A model generated the notes under the pieces. It did no database searches. It was given only the letters and a program-made list of their open reading frames with translations, and was not told the origin of the DNA. This document shows positions 9,750 through 19,401 of a stretch of DNA of 64,000 nucleotides, one piece after another. Origin of the DNA: Candidatus Thorarchaeota archaeon (GTDB lineage: Archaea > Asgardarchaeota > Thorarchaeia > Thorarchaeales > Thorarchaeaceae); assembly GCA_963726195.1 (NCBI GenBank), contig CAVSBO010000016.1, forward strand, positions 1 through 64,000, written 5' to 3'. Every line of letters begins with the position of its first letter. The first letter of the stretch is position 1. The translations under genes were made by a program, and so were the position numbers.

Positions 9750-10178
9750 TTGATGAGCAGACGATGGAAGAAACAACCTAAGGCTACAGAGGAACCGGCA
9801 GAGACTTCGGAACCCGAAGAAGAGACTGCTGCAGCAGCTGAGAAGATAGAAGAAAAGGAAGCAGAAGCACCAGCTGAGAAGGAAGCCGCCGCACCAGCCG
9901 AAGCAGGAGCGGAAGAAGAGATTATCGATGAGAGAATCTATACCGTGCCCTTCCGCAGGGTGTACTGGGCGCGTAGCCGCCGTAACAGGGCAAAGAGAGA
10001 GGTCAGAGTTCTCAGGGAGTTCGTGCAGAGGCACATGAAGCCCGAGGGACTGCTGATACAGCCCGAAGTGAATGAACGGATATGGGCTCGCGGCATGCAG
10101 AGACCACCACGCAAACTTAGGATTAGGGCAACCAAGAATTCTGAGAATGAAGTGAAGGTCTATCTAGCGGAGGCGTAG
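9750..10178 (+). CDS. rpl31e: 50S ribosomal protein L31e with an acidic N-terminal extension
   Basis: ERIYTVPFR..RAKR..VNERIWARGMQRPPRKLRIR; exact start uncertain. Confidence 0.92.
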   Translation: MMSRRWKKQPKATEEPAETSEPEEETAAAAEKIEEKEAEAPAEKEAAAPAEAGAEEEIIDERIYTVPFRRVYWARSRRNRAKREVRVLREFVQRHMKPEGLLIQPEVNERIWARGMQRPPRKLRIRATKNSENEVKVYLAEA

Positions 10179-10184
10179 CCCACC

Positions 10185-10850
10185 GTGATCGCCCGGACTG
10201 ATTTCGAGGGCGATTCAAATGTCGGTGTTTTTGGAATCGCCACTGACAAGTTCGTGGAAGTATCCCCACGTATGTCAGACAAGTCACTTGAGACTATCAG
10301 TCGTACATTCAATCTTCCATTGGTGAAATCGACTGTAGCAACTCTTGATGCAGTGGGCATAATGTGTGTGGGAAATTCAAATGGACTGCTGGTGCCCTAT
10401 ACGATTACGAGTGACGAGCTTGCGCGATTGAAAGCATATGGCGATGTCAGAGTCGACTGGATAGACAACAAGATGACTGCACTCGGTAACATAATCCTTG
10501 CAAATGATAGAGGCGCAATCTGTCACTCTGACTTTGATGCCAAAGCCCGACGCAAGATATCGGACACGCTAGGAGTGGAAGTCGTTCCCGGAACTGTAGC
10601 TAACCTGCCGATTGTTGGTGCAAACACGGTGGTAACGAGCCGCGGCGCAGTGGTTCATCCCCTCGCCACGACTGAGGAGATTGAGCAGATAGCGGAGCTG
10701 TTAAAAGTTGATGTTGAAGTTGGAACAGTCAACAGAGGCTGTCCGTACACAAGACTAGGAGTGCTGGCCAATAGCGGTGGCATGATAGCGGGCACTGACA
10801 CGACTGGTGTTGAGCTTGCCCATATTAGCCAGGTACTTGGCTTCGTGTAG
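10185..10850 (+). CDS. eif6: Translation initiation factor 6 (aIF6)
   Basis: NVGVF, GNSNGLLVP, TALGNIILAND, GTVNRG, TTGVEL. Confidence 0.95.
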   Translation: MIARTDFEGDSNVGVFGIATDKFVEVSPRMSDKSLETISRTFNLPLVKSTVATLDAVGIMCVGNSNGLLVPYTITSDELARLKAYGDVRVDWIDNKMTALGNIILANDRGAICHSDFDAKARRKISDTLGVEVVPGTVANLPIVGANTVVTSRGAVVHPLATTEEIEQIAELLKVDVEVGTVNRGCPYTRLGVLANSGGMIAGTDTTGVELAHISQVLGFV

Positions 10851-10864
10851 TGAGGTGTTCTTGA

Positions 10865-11104
10865 ATGGACGAAATAGCATGGTCAGTAACTGGAACGTAC
10901 CGGAAGAACAAACACACATTCAGGTTTGAGAAGGAACTGATTGGAGAAAAAGAGGCGCATATTCGAGAGAGAATCCTCTCAGACCTAGGCAGTCGTCACA
11001 GGATCAAGAGAAGGGACATAGTAGTCTCTGAAATCAAGAAGCTTAAGCCAGCCGAAGTCAAGAGTCTCGAACTGCGCCGACGCCTCGGTGTGGAGAGCGC
11101 CTAG
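10865..11104 (+). CDS. rplX: 50S ribosomal protein LX (eL20/L18a)
   Basis: ERILSDLGSRHRIKRRDI motif; synteny. Confidence 0.88.
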   Translation: MDEIAWSVTGTYRKNKHTFRFEKELIGEKEAHIRERILSDLGSRHRIKRRDIVVSEIKKLKPAEVKSLELRRRLGVESA

Positions 11105-11106
11105 TA

Positions 11107-11550
11107 ATGACTGAGGATGTGCAGGGGCGCGCCCAGAAGCTCCTTGAGCAGCAGAACGTGCTCGAATCCAATGCAGAAGCTGTACAACAGCAGTTGGAGA
11201 TACTTGGTGCATTGCTAACGAACTACAGGAACGGACTAGCCGTCCTTGAAGAGTTAGAGAAGAAACAGGGAGCGGAGGAGATACTAATCAGCATTGGCGG
11301 CAACGCATTCGTCCAAGCTCAATTGGCTAACCCAGGGGAAGTCGCCCGAGAGATTGGAAATGGAATCAGGATAACCCAAGGTCTGCAAGACGCAAAGACG
11401 GATCTTGAAGAGGTTATTGCCAGTCTTGAGCAGCAGTATTCGCAGTTCGCCAAGGAGTACCGAAACATACTTCTGCAGGCCGCCAGCGTTAATGCCCAAC
11501 TCCAAGAGCTTGCACAGAAACAGGCTCAGGAGGAGCAAAAGGGTGTTTGA
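11107..11550 (+). CDS. pfdA: Prefoldin alpha subunit
   Basis: Coiled coils flanking EILISIGGNAFVQA and IGNG beta hairpins; synteny. Confidence 0.88.
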   Translation: MTEDVQGRAQKLLEQQNVLESNAEAVQQQLEILGALLTNYRNGLAVLEELEKKQGAEEILISIGGNAFVQAQLANPGEVAREIGNGIRITQGLQDAKTDLEEVIASLEQQYSQFAKEYRNILLQAASVNAQLQELAQKQAQEEQKGV

Positions 11551-12454
11551 CAAGCTCCGTGGTGCTTTAGATTCTGCTATAGCGAAAGCTGTCACCAAAG
11601 AGCTGAATGAAAAGAACCTCACCGAAGCAGTCTGGCAACTGCAACTCGTTCTAATCCAGAATGATGTGGCGATGGAGGCAGCCGAATACATATCCGAGCT
11701 CACAAAGAAGAAGCTCATTGGAGGCAGAGCAGGCAGACTTGAGAACCTCACAAAGGTATTTAGAAACGCAGTTTACGAGTCCATTCTTGAGGCCCTGACG
11801 CCGAAAACCCCGCTAGACCCCATCCAGTTTGCAGCACAGAGGAAGAGCCAAGGTGATACAACTGTAATCCTCTTTGTCGGTGTTAACGGCACCGGAAAGA
11901 CGACCACACTCGCAAAGGTCGCCAACTTGTACAAGAAGAACGGCTTCTCTATAGTCATCGCTGCGAGCGACACATTTCGTGCTGGTAGCATCGAGCAAAT
12001 CGAACTCCATGCTCAGAAACTTGGTATAAGAGTAATAAAGCAAGACTATGGGTCGGATGCGGCCGCCGTGGCATATGACGCCGTCGCTCATGCGAAAGCG
12101 AAGCACATCAATGTCGTACTGATTGATACCGCTGGAAGAATGCAGAGCAACAAGAATCTCTTGGCTGAGATGGCGAAGATTGCCAAAGTGGCAGAACCCG
12201 ACATCAAGCTGTTCATCGGAGATGCGCTCACAGGCAACGATGCCTTGTCTCAGGCAAAGGAATTCAATGAAGCAATCGGAATAGATGGCTCAATATTGAC
12301 AAAGATTGATGCGGACCCATCCGGCGGGTCGGCTCTTTCCATCGCTTATGTCACAGGCAAACCGATAGTGTACGTGGGCACAGGACAGACTTACGACGAC
12401 CTCCAACGCTTTGACCCCGAATGGTTTGCGCGCAGACTTATTGGAGAAAAGTAG
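11543..12454 (+). CDS. ftsY: SRP receptor FtsY
   Basis: GVNGTGKTT, DTFRAG, DTAGR and TKID motifs; GTG start (VFDKL). Confidence 0.95.
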   Translation: MFDKLRGALDSAIAKAVTKELNEKNLTEAVWQLQLVLIQNDVAMEAAEYISELTKKKLIGGRAGRLENLTKVFRNAVYESILEALTPKTPLDPIQFAAQRKSQGDTTVILFVGVNGTGKTTTLAKVANLYKKNGFSIVIAASDTFRAGSIEQIELHAQKLGIRVIKQDYGSDAAAVAYDAVAHAKAKHINVVLIDTAGRMQSNKNLLAEMAKIAKVAEPDIKLFIGDALTGNDALSQAKEFNEAIGIDGSILTKIDADPSGGSALSIAYVTGKPIVYVGTGQTYDDLQRFDPEWFARRLIGEK

Positions 12455-12522
12455 GCAGTGAACAGTTTTATTACCGGGTGCCTGTGAAGCCGCGTTGGGT
12501 TATCTTCACAGAGGTGCTTCTA

Positions 12523-13446
12523 TTGAGTCTAAAGGGTCGAGACTTCATCGATCTCTCGGATTTCGAGAGACGAGATCTTAGAACGATATTGGATACTGCG
12601 TACGACCTGAAAGCTGAGCTCAAACGTGGCAAGCCGCATGAGCTCCTGAAGGGTAAATCCCTTGCCATGATATTCATGAAGTCGTCCACTCGTACCAGAG
12701 TTTCATTTGAAGTTGGAATGACACAACTAGGAGGGCACGCGCTCTATCTGGAACAAGGAGGAATGCAGCTCTCACGCGGCGAAACTATCGCAGATACAGC
12801 CCGTGTACTAAGCAGGTATTGCGATGTAATCATGGCGAGAGTGTTTGCTCACAGTGATATCATCGAACTGGCGAAGTACGCCAATGTACCCGTAATCAAC
12901 GGCCTGACCGATTCCTCACACCCATGTCAGATAATGGCCGACTTAATGGCAATCGAAGAACACAAGGGGAAACTTGAGGCACTCAAGATTGCGTACGTTG
13001 GGGATTCAAACAACGTGAGCAATTCCATCATGGAGGGTTGCACGATACTCGGTATGAACGTGAGTATAGGATCACCCAAGGGATACACCCCCAACAAGGA
13101 AATCACGAAAAGAGCGACGGATCTCAGTCAGAAGTATGGGACCGTTCTGCAGGTCACGAGCAATCCTGTCGAAGCCGTAAAGAATGCTGATGTGATTTAT
13201 ACTGACACCTTCTTCAGCATGGGGCAGGAAAGGACCAAGGAGAAGGAAGCGGCCTTGATGCCGTACCAAGTGAATAGCAAGTTGGTCGATGCAGCCAAGA
13301 AGGACGCAGCGATTATGCATTGTCTACCAGCACACAGAGATGAAGAAATCACCGGCGAAGTTCTCGATGGCCCTCATTCTATCGTGTTCGACCAAGCCGA
13401 GAACCGGTTGCATGCTCAGAAAGCGATTCTCGCATTGATTGTCTAA
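12523..13446 (+). CDS. argF: Ornithine carbamoyltransferase
   Basis: SSTRTR, HPCQ, HCLP, QAENRLH motifs. Confidence 0.95.
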   Translation: MSLKGRDFIDLSDFERRDLRTILDTAYDLKAELKRGKPHELLKGKSLAMIFMKSSTRTRVSFEVGMTQLGGHALYLEQGGMQLSRGETIADTARVLSRYCDVIMARVFAHSDIIELAKYANVPVINGLTDSSHPCQIMADLMAIEEHKGKLEALKIAYVGDSNNVSNSIMEGCTILGMNVSIGSPKGYTPNKEITKRATDLSQKYGTVLQVTSNPVEAVKNADVIYTDTFFSMGQERTKEKEAALMPYQVNSKLVDAAKKDAAIMHCLPAHRDEEITGEVLDGPHSIVFDQAENRLHAQKAILALIV

Positions 13447-14429
13447 GGGGTATCTGCAGTTGTCCCTCGAGGTTGTAGCAGTGGGACGCGCAAACATAGA
13501 TGTGTTACTGAGGGTCGAGAAGCTTCCAACGAAGAACGAGCACCTCATGTGTCAACAAGGGCACGTGTCTTTCGGTGGTTCCGCCGCAAACTTCGCGGCA
13601 CAATCAGCTCGCCTCGGGGTCAAGACTGGCCTTGTTTGTTGTATAGGAGACGACTTCTATGGCCAGACGTATCTTCGGGAGCTAGCCCGAATTGGAGTGG
13701 ATACCGATTCAGTCCTTGTACTGGCAGACCAATCAACTGGTGTGTTCGTAATTGCTGCTACCCCTAATGATGAGCACATAATCATGGTTGACCCAGGTGC
13801 CAACAGGTTTCTAGAGAAGCATGTGCTTGAGGAGGAGTACTTGGCAAAGGCTAGGACGATACATGTTGCGGGCGGTCTGCCGATGACTACCAGCAAAGCT
13901 GTAGAGATTGCAACAACGGAAGGACTGCTTCTGTCTCTCGACCCTGGAAAGACCGCAGAGGCAATTGATTACTTCAGCATACTGCGTCACACGGACCTTC
14001 TCTTCGTGAATGAACATGAACTCAGAGAATACTTCAAGATAGAACCAACAGAAAGCGCAGTACGAGCCCTTGCAAAGACCTTTCCGGGCGTCGTCATAGT
14101 AAAGAAAGGAAGCGAGGGCGCAATCGCGACTGACGGCTTCGAGTTCTGTTCGTCACAGGCCTTTGATGTTCCAGTTGCAGACACTACCGGTGCCGGAGAC
14201 GCGTTTGCTGCAGGGTTCCTGACTGCGTGGACAAGATTGGAGAAGATTGAACAAGCACTTCATATGGCAAACGCCGTAGCAGGCTCTCAAGATCATGAAG
14301 ATCGGAGCACAGAATGGGCAGCCGTCCCTAGAAGAGGTTGCGAAACTGCTCAACAAACATGGGATATCCATCGAGCCTGTTCTCAGGAGCTTCAAGGCAG
14401 GAAAACAGGAAAGAGGAAGACGGAAGTAG
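13439..14429 (+). CDS. PfkB/ribokinase family carbohydrate or nucleoside kinase (probable frameshift at about 14282)
   Basis: GGSAAN and DTTGAGDAFAAG motifs. The family-like C-terminus (ALKIMKIGAQNGQP..) continues in another frame to TAG at 14429. Confidence 0.88.
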
Positions 14430-14453
14430 CGTTCTGCTGACATACTCCCACGG

Positions 14454-15491
14454 TTAAAGCGTGTGAAATTCTGAGGTTGGTGTCATTCTCACTATTGCCT
14501 CTCTGGGGGTATCAGTGCTCCCGTTGCATGCATCTCTGTCTGCATGCAATCGACCTGCGCCACGACACAACGCTATGTTGAATGAAGCGTTAGAGTCAGC
14601 GTGGTCAACGTGCCCGCAGTTGGGGCACCTGAATTCCTTGCCGCTCCTGATACCTATGAGACCGCACCTTGAGCATAGCTGGCTCGTCAGTGCAGGTTCG
14701 TCATAGGATACCGGTACTCCTTGCAGTCTGGCCTTGTAGTCGACGAATGTCTGTTGCCGATAGAAGGACCAGCTGTTCAGGGAGTACCTGAACGACCTTG
14801 AGTGTCTCCCGTTCTTCGTTATCCCTGTGAGGTCTTCCATTCTGATCATGCAGTTGTTCTCTTTCGCAGACTCCACTATCTTCTTGCTGATTCTGTGGTC
14901 TATGTTCTTGACTATGTCTCGCTCCCGACGGCTGACCTGCTTGAGTTTACTGTACTTCCTGAGCCTCTGGTATCTCCGCCTCAGTCTGGAGTACTTCTTA
15001 TGAATGTGCCCAGCGCTCTTCCCGAGCTTCCATACCTTGCCTGTCTGGGGACAGGCGATGGCCACGCAGTGCTTCGTTGTGTTCCTATCCACGCCAATTG
15101 CGCCCCGGACCATGATTTCTGGCGGTTCCGCTATTGATACAGAAACACAGGCGTACTCGCTATCGATTTCTATCTGGTTTACCTTTTCAAAGTCGTTCCT
15201 GAACTGGTAATTGAGACCCAGTCTTAGATACGGTACTGTTATACATCTCGACTTTCTGTCGATCCTGATGGACTGTCCTGGAACGGTAAGTGGAACGCTT
15301 CTTACTCTCATGATGCTCTTGCGCGAATACTTCTTCAGAATCTGGTTCGAGATCGCGGACTTCAGGCCTATATGTCTCACGTCCGCAGAACTCCTCGACC
15401 TTGTCACTATCGCAAATTCGGTCACCTTCCGGGCGAGCGCCAGCTCCTTCGAGAAGTCAGTCCCATGCTTGATCCTGAAGGTCAGTATCAT
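14454..15491 (-). CDS. tnpB: RNA-guided endonuclease TnpB (start MILTFRIKH)
   Basis: RuvC motifs GVDRN / RMEDL / HADSNASFNIA; zinc finger CSRC..CPNC. Confidence 0.93.
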   Translation of the reverse strand: MILTFRIKHGTDFSKELALARKVTEFAIVTRSRSSADVRHIGLKSAISNQILKKYSRKSIMRVRSVPLTVPGQSIRIDRKSRCITVPYLRLGLNYQFRNDFEKVNQIEIDSEYACVSVSIAEPPEIMVRGAIGVDRNTTKHCVAIACPQTGKVWKLGKSAGHIHKKYSRLRRRYQRLRKYSKLKQVSRRERDIVKNIDHRISKKIVESAKENNCMIRMEDLTGITKNGRHSRSFRYSLNSWSFYRQQTFVDYKARLQGVPVSYDEPALTSQLCSRCGLIGIRSGKEFRCPNCGHVDHADSNASFNIALCRGAGRLHADRDACNGSTDTPREAIVRMTPTSEFHTL

Positions 15492-15568
15492 CGTCCCTTC
15501 TGCTCCTCGATACACTTCTTGATTGTCTGTTCCGACATATGGCCGCATGATTCGACATAATAACTCCT
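15488..15568 (-). pseudogene. tnpA: Remnant of the Y1 transposase tnpA C-terminus
   Basis: Reads RSYYVESCGHMSEQTIKKCIEEQKGR*, matching the TnpA motif W..SYY..S.G......I..YI..Q, with the catalytic Tyr replaced by Cys. Confidence 0.8.
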
Positions 15569-15660
15569 ACACTTTGCATTCATCCCAGGAGTGAACTCCT
15601 GGGCTTTCTGCTCAACATTACGTAATACGTCGAGAGTATTCCACTTTTTCTTTAGACAAT

Positions 15661-16833
15661 ATGTACGTGATAGCAGAGACTAGAAGGTGTTTTGAAGAGT
15701 TGCACCCACTGCTTGAAGACGTACTAGGTGGAGCGGGATCTAACCGTGACCTACCGGGTATCAAGCCCGTAAGAAAAGCCAGCAAAGGCGCCATTACTGA
15801 TGAAGAACTCGCGGCCATCCTAGAGTCTGCCACCGCGAAGATACTCGTGGTTGGAATCGGTGGAGCAGGCAATAATGCTGTAACCCGCTTGATGGATGTG
15901 GGGATTCAGGGAGCAGAGACGCTGGCCATGAATACAGACGCTCAGGACCTGTACTACTGCAACTCTCACCACAAGCTTCTGCTTGGTCGCGAGATATGTG
16001 GAGGTCTTGGTGCTGGCAATAACCCTGACATTGGTGAAAAGGCCGCGCTGGAATCGTACGAACAGATCAAGGATGCAGTCAAAGCGGACCTCGTGTTTAT
16101 TGCAGCCGGAATGGGCGGCGGAACCGGAACAGGAGCATCAGGACATGTTGCTAGGGCGGCAAAAGAAAACGGTGCACTCACTGTGGCTATCGTTTGCCTC
16201 CCATTTGAAATCGAAGGTGCGATACGGAAAAGCAATGCGATGAGAGGACTAAAGAGCCTGATGGAGCATGTAGACACTCTGATTGCCATACCAAACGAAA
16301 AGCTGCTTGAAATTGCTCCCGACCTGTCCCTTCCCGAGGCTTTCATGGTAGCTGATGAAGTGCTAGTACGCGCAGTGAAAGGAATCTCGGAACTTATCTC
16401 AAGACCTGGCCTCGTCAACCTAGACTTCGCAGACGTGCGGACCACGATGAAGAATGGTGGCGTATCGATAATCGCTCTGGGCGAAGGGCAAGGCGAGAGT
16501 AGGGTCGAAGAGGCAGTCAACAACGCGCTGCGAAACCCGTTGATCGATGTTTCGATAGAAAATGCACACAATCTTCTCATCAACATAAGCGGCAGCACCG
16601 ATCTCCAACTCAGAGAGGCAAAGCGCGTCGTCGAGCTCGTGACAGAACAGGTGAATCCGGGTGCGGAGATTATCTATGGTGCGGTAATAATCCCTGAACT
16701 CGAAGACAGAATCAGAGTCACAATAATAGCCTCCGGCGTCAGCTCGCCCTATATCTTCGATGCCGAGTCTATGCCGGTGACACCCCTCGCAGAAGACCTG
16801 AAGAAGGAACTGGGACTGCCGAAACTGAGCTAA
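15661..16833 (+). CDS. ftsZ: Cell division protein FtsZ (true start may be slightly downstream)
   Basis: GIGGAGNN, GMGGGTGTG and NLDFADV motifs. Confidence 0.96.
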   Translation: MYVIAETRRCFEELHPLLEDVLGGAGSNRDLPGIKPVRKASKGAITDEELAAILESATAKILVVGIGGAGNNAVTRLMDVGIQGAETLAMNTDAQDLYYCNSHHKLLLGREICGGLGAGNNPDIGEKAALESYEQIKDAVKADLVFIAAGMGGGTGTGASGHVARAAKENGALTVAIVCLPFEIEGAIRKSNAMRGLKSLMEHVDTLIAIPNEKLLEIAPDLSLPEAFMVADEVLVRAVKGISELISRPGLVNLDFADVRTTMKNGGVSIIALGEGQGESRVEEAVNNALRNPLIDVSIENAHNLLINISGSTDLQLREAKRVVELVTEQVNPGAEIIYGAVIIPELEDRIRVTIIASGVSSPYIFDAESMPVTPLAEDLKKELGLPKLS

Positions 16834-16934
16834 CATGGTCTTGGTCTGTCAGCAAGGGTTAAAAGTGCACCAAGGGTGTCAGGCACTGTTTCCGGCGATA
16901 TCGGACACAGATTGAGCAAGGATGTGCCGCACCA

Positions 16935-17117
16935 ATGGGCGTCGGTAGTTTCATCAGAGAAAGCATGCGAATCCTGAGGCTTGCCACAAAGCCATCGCGT
17001 AAGGAGTTCTGGTCGAGCACCAAGATTAGCCTCATAGCGATGTTCGCCGTAGGGTTCCTGAGCTTCATAGTCCAATTGCTAATGACCGCACTGACCAATT
17101 TGTGGGGAAAGAGCTAG
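16935..17117 (+). CDS. secE: Protein translocase SecE/Sec61-gamma
   Basis: RILRLATKPSRKEF plus one TM helix; lies between ftsZ and spt5. Confidence 0.92.
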   Translation: MGVGSFIRESMRILRLATKPSRKEFWSSTKISLIAMFAVGFLSFIVQLLMTALTNLWGKS

Positions 17118-17154
17118 AGACGGTCAGACATAGGACCTTGAAGGAGGGTCTGAT

Positions 17155-17820
17155 ATGCAGTCAAAGACGAGCATCTATGCCATAAGGACAACCATCAGTC
17201 AAGAAAGGTCTGTCGCAGATCTGATTACGACAGCCGTGACAGGAGAGACTGACCTGTGGCAGTGCCCGTACTGCGGTGAACAATTCTCTTCAGAGAAGAG
17301 CACAACGAAGCACATGGAAAGCTGCAGCAAGGCTGGTAAGAAAAAAGGTGAGGCCAAGCTGGTGTCCAAGAACCAGTTGCTAGGCAGAGTCATGGCAATA
17401 CTTGTGCCAGAGACCCTCCGTGGTTATGTCTTCCTTGAAACAATGGAGTTCAGGGACGTTGAAATAGCGATATCCGGTGTGCCACATGTCCGAGGACGTG
17501 TGGGAGGAAAAGTTAGTTTAGATGAAATTGATAAGTTCCTTGCTCCGCCGCCAGCCGCTGAGGGCATCTCAATCGGAGATGTGGTCGAGATCATATCAGG
17601 ACCGTTCAAGGGCGAGAGAGCAAAGGTTTCGAGAGTGGATACATCTAAAGAAGAACTCATACTCGAACTACTTGATAGCCCGCACACTATTCCTTTGAGA
17701 GTTCATGCAGACTTCGCCAAGATTGTTGAGAAAGGCAAGGCAGTCGGAGAGATAGCGCCGGGTGAGAAAGGTGAGGCCCCTCGTCCAGAAGAGGAAGAAG
17801 ACTCTTTCTGGTCACATTGA
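17155..17820 (+). CDS. spt5: Transcription elongation factor Spt5 (NusG) with an inserted CxxC..HxxxC zinc finger
   Basis: NGN domain (YAIRTT..QE, LRGYVFLE) and KOW domain (GDVVEIISGPFKGERAKV). Confidence 0.93.
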   Translation: MQSKTSIYAIRTTISQERSVADLITTAVTGETDLWQCPYCGEQFSSEKSTTKHMESCSKAGKKKGEAKLVSKNQLLGRVMAILVPETLRGYVFLETMEFRDVEIAISGVPHVRGRVGGKVSLDEIDKFLAPPPAAEGISIGDVVEIISGPFKGERAKVSRVDTSKEELILELLDSPHTIPLRVHADFAKIVEKGKAVGEIAPGEKGEAPRPEEEEDSFWSH

Positions 17821-18222
17821 TGAGAAGTCATAATTTGCCATGAATGGATATGGGCTTTGGAATCAGAAGCCGTTGTTCTCGCCGATACTCGAAGTCATTC
17901 CAGCATTCCGTCGGTGCAGAATCTATGAGAGTCCTGGAATCTGATTGAACAATTGATGCGTGGCTCTCATCTTATTTCATCCTACGACCAAACTCACGAG
18001 CGAGTACTGCAAGCCCCTTCGGAACACTTAAAAAGTGACTCTGACTGGGAGGCGCTGCTCCTTAATCAGACACAAGCGCGTTGACGCTGTGCCAGGGGTG
18101 AAAACGAGTGACTTGTAATGCAGTAGACCAATCTGGACGTATCGCTCCTTGTTTCCAGACGGTCGACCCTACTGGTTGCGCATCAAAGAACCACGTTTAC
18201 TGCATCAGGAGTCGTGATTTGA

Positions 18223-18729
18223 ATGAGTGAACAGAAGACCAAAGTCTCTGCGATGGTTGAGGGAGGCAAGGCTTCGGGAGGACCACCAATTGGGCCAGCC
18301 CTAGGGCCAACCGGAGTCAATGTCTTTCAGGTTGTGCAGAAAATCAATGAGGTCACGCAACCCTTCGCCGGCTTGAAGGTGCCCGTAACAATCATCGTGG
18401 ACACGATAAAGAAGACTTTCGAGATTGAAGTCGGGATTCCGCCTACGAGCGCCTTGATTCTGAAGGAAATAGGTGCTCCTAAGGGGTCCGCGACTCCGAA
18501 TACACAGATTATTGGCAATATCACAATAGATCAGCTGAAGTCGATTGCGAAAGCGAAGGAAGGGGATCTCACAGCTCTCACGATGAAGTCGGCTGCATTG
18601 ATAATTGCTGGTACTTGCGTCTCAGTGGGCGTCACAATCGAGGGAAAGCCCGCAAAGCAATTCCAGCAGGAAATCAAAGAAGGAAAATGGGACCAACAGC
18701 TCAACGAGCCTCTTAGGGGGAAGAAGTAG
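18223..18729 (+). CDS. rpl11: 50S ribosomal protein L11
   Basis: GGKASGGPPIGPALGP. Confidence 0.96.
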   Translation: MSEQKTKVSAMVEGGKASGGPPIGPALGPTGVNVFQVVQKINEVTQPFAGLKVPVTIIVDTIKKTFEIEVGIPPTSALILKEIGAPKGSATPNTQIIGNITIDQLKSIAKAKEGDLTALTMKSAALIIAGTCVSVGVTIEGKPAKQFQQEIKEGKWDQQLNEPLRGKK

Positions 18730-18732
18730 AGA

Positions 18733-19389
18733 ATGTCGTACAATCTTGAGACCATTGAAGCAGCTGTGTCTGAGGCGAGAGCGAAGGGGACGGAAAGAGG
18801 CATCAAGTTCGAACAGAGTTTCGACATTGCTGTCAACTTCAGAAGAAAGGAGTTGGATGTATCAAAGTCTGAGAACAGGCTCAATCAAGAACTGATTATT
18901 CCAAATGCCCTGATTCCTCCCGCAAAGGTTTGTGCCTTTGGTGACGGGGAATTTGCAGAGAAAGCAACTGCTGCAGGTGCAGAACATATCGTCTCCAAAG
19001 ACGAAATCCCAAAGATGGGCGAGGATAAGAAGACTCGCAGAACACTGGCCAAGAACTACGATTTCTTCATCGCATCGACTGACACGATGCCCCTCGTCGG
19101 TCGGTACCTAGGTCAGGCACTCGGTACAAGAGGCAAGATGCCCAGACCCTTCCCTCCACAGGCAGACCTGAAGGGCGTGATAGGGCAATACCGTCGAACA
19201 GTAAGAATACGGATGAGGAACACCCCCACATTCCACGTGAAGGTCGGTCACATTAAGATGAGTGACAAGGAGATAGCCGACAATATATTGGCAGTGCTCC
19301 GCTTCGTTGAGAGCAAGGGTCATGCGTCGAAAATCACTACTGTGAAAGTCAAGACAACAATGGGCCCGCCCGTTCAGATATCTGTCTAG
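18733..19389 (+). CDS. rpl1: 50S ribosomal protein L1
   Basis: FEQSFDIAVN, LGTRGKMP and VKTTMGP motifs. Confidence 0.95.
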   Translation: MSYNLETIEAAVSEARAKGTERGIKFEQSFDIAVNFRRKELDVSKSENRLNQELIIPNALIPPAKVCAFGDGEFAEKATAAGAEHIVSKDEIPKMGEDKKTRRTLAKNYDFFIASTDTMPLVGRYLGQALGTRGKMPRPFPPQADLKGVIGQYRRTVRIRMRNTPTFHVKVGHIKMSDKEIADNILAVLRFVESKGHASKITTVKVKTTMGPPVQISV

Positions 19390-19401
19390 AGGTGAGCATG
19401 G

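Larger units (their letters stand above)
14437..15621 (-). mobile_element. IS200/IS605-family element #2 (tnpB plus a relic of the tnpA 3' end)
   Basis: LE: TTAC|..AAAG followed by hairpin CCCAGGAG-TTCA-CTCCTGGG. RE: GAAT, imperfect hairpin, then GTATGTCAG. Confidence 0.88.
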
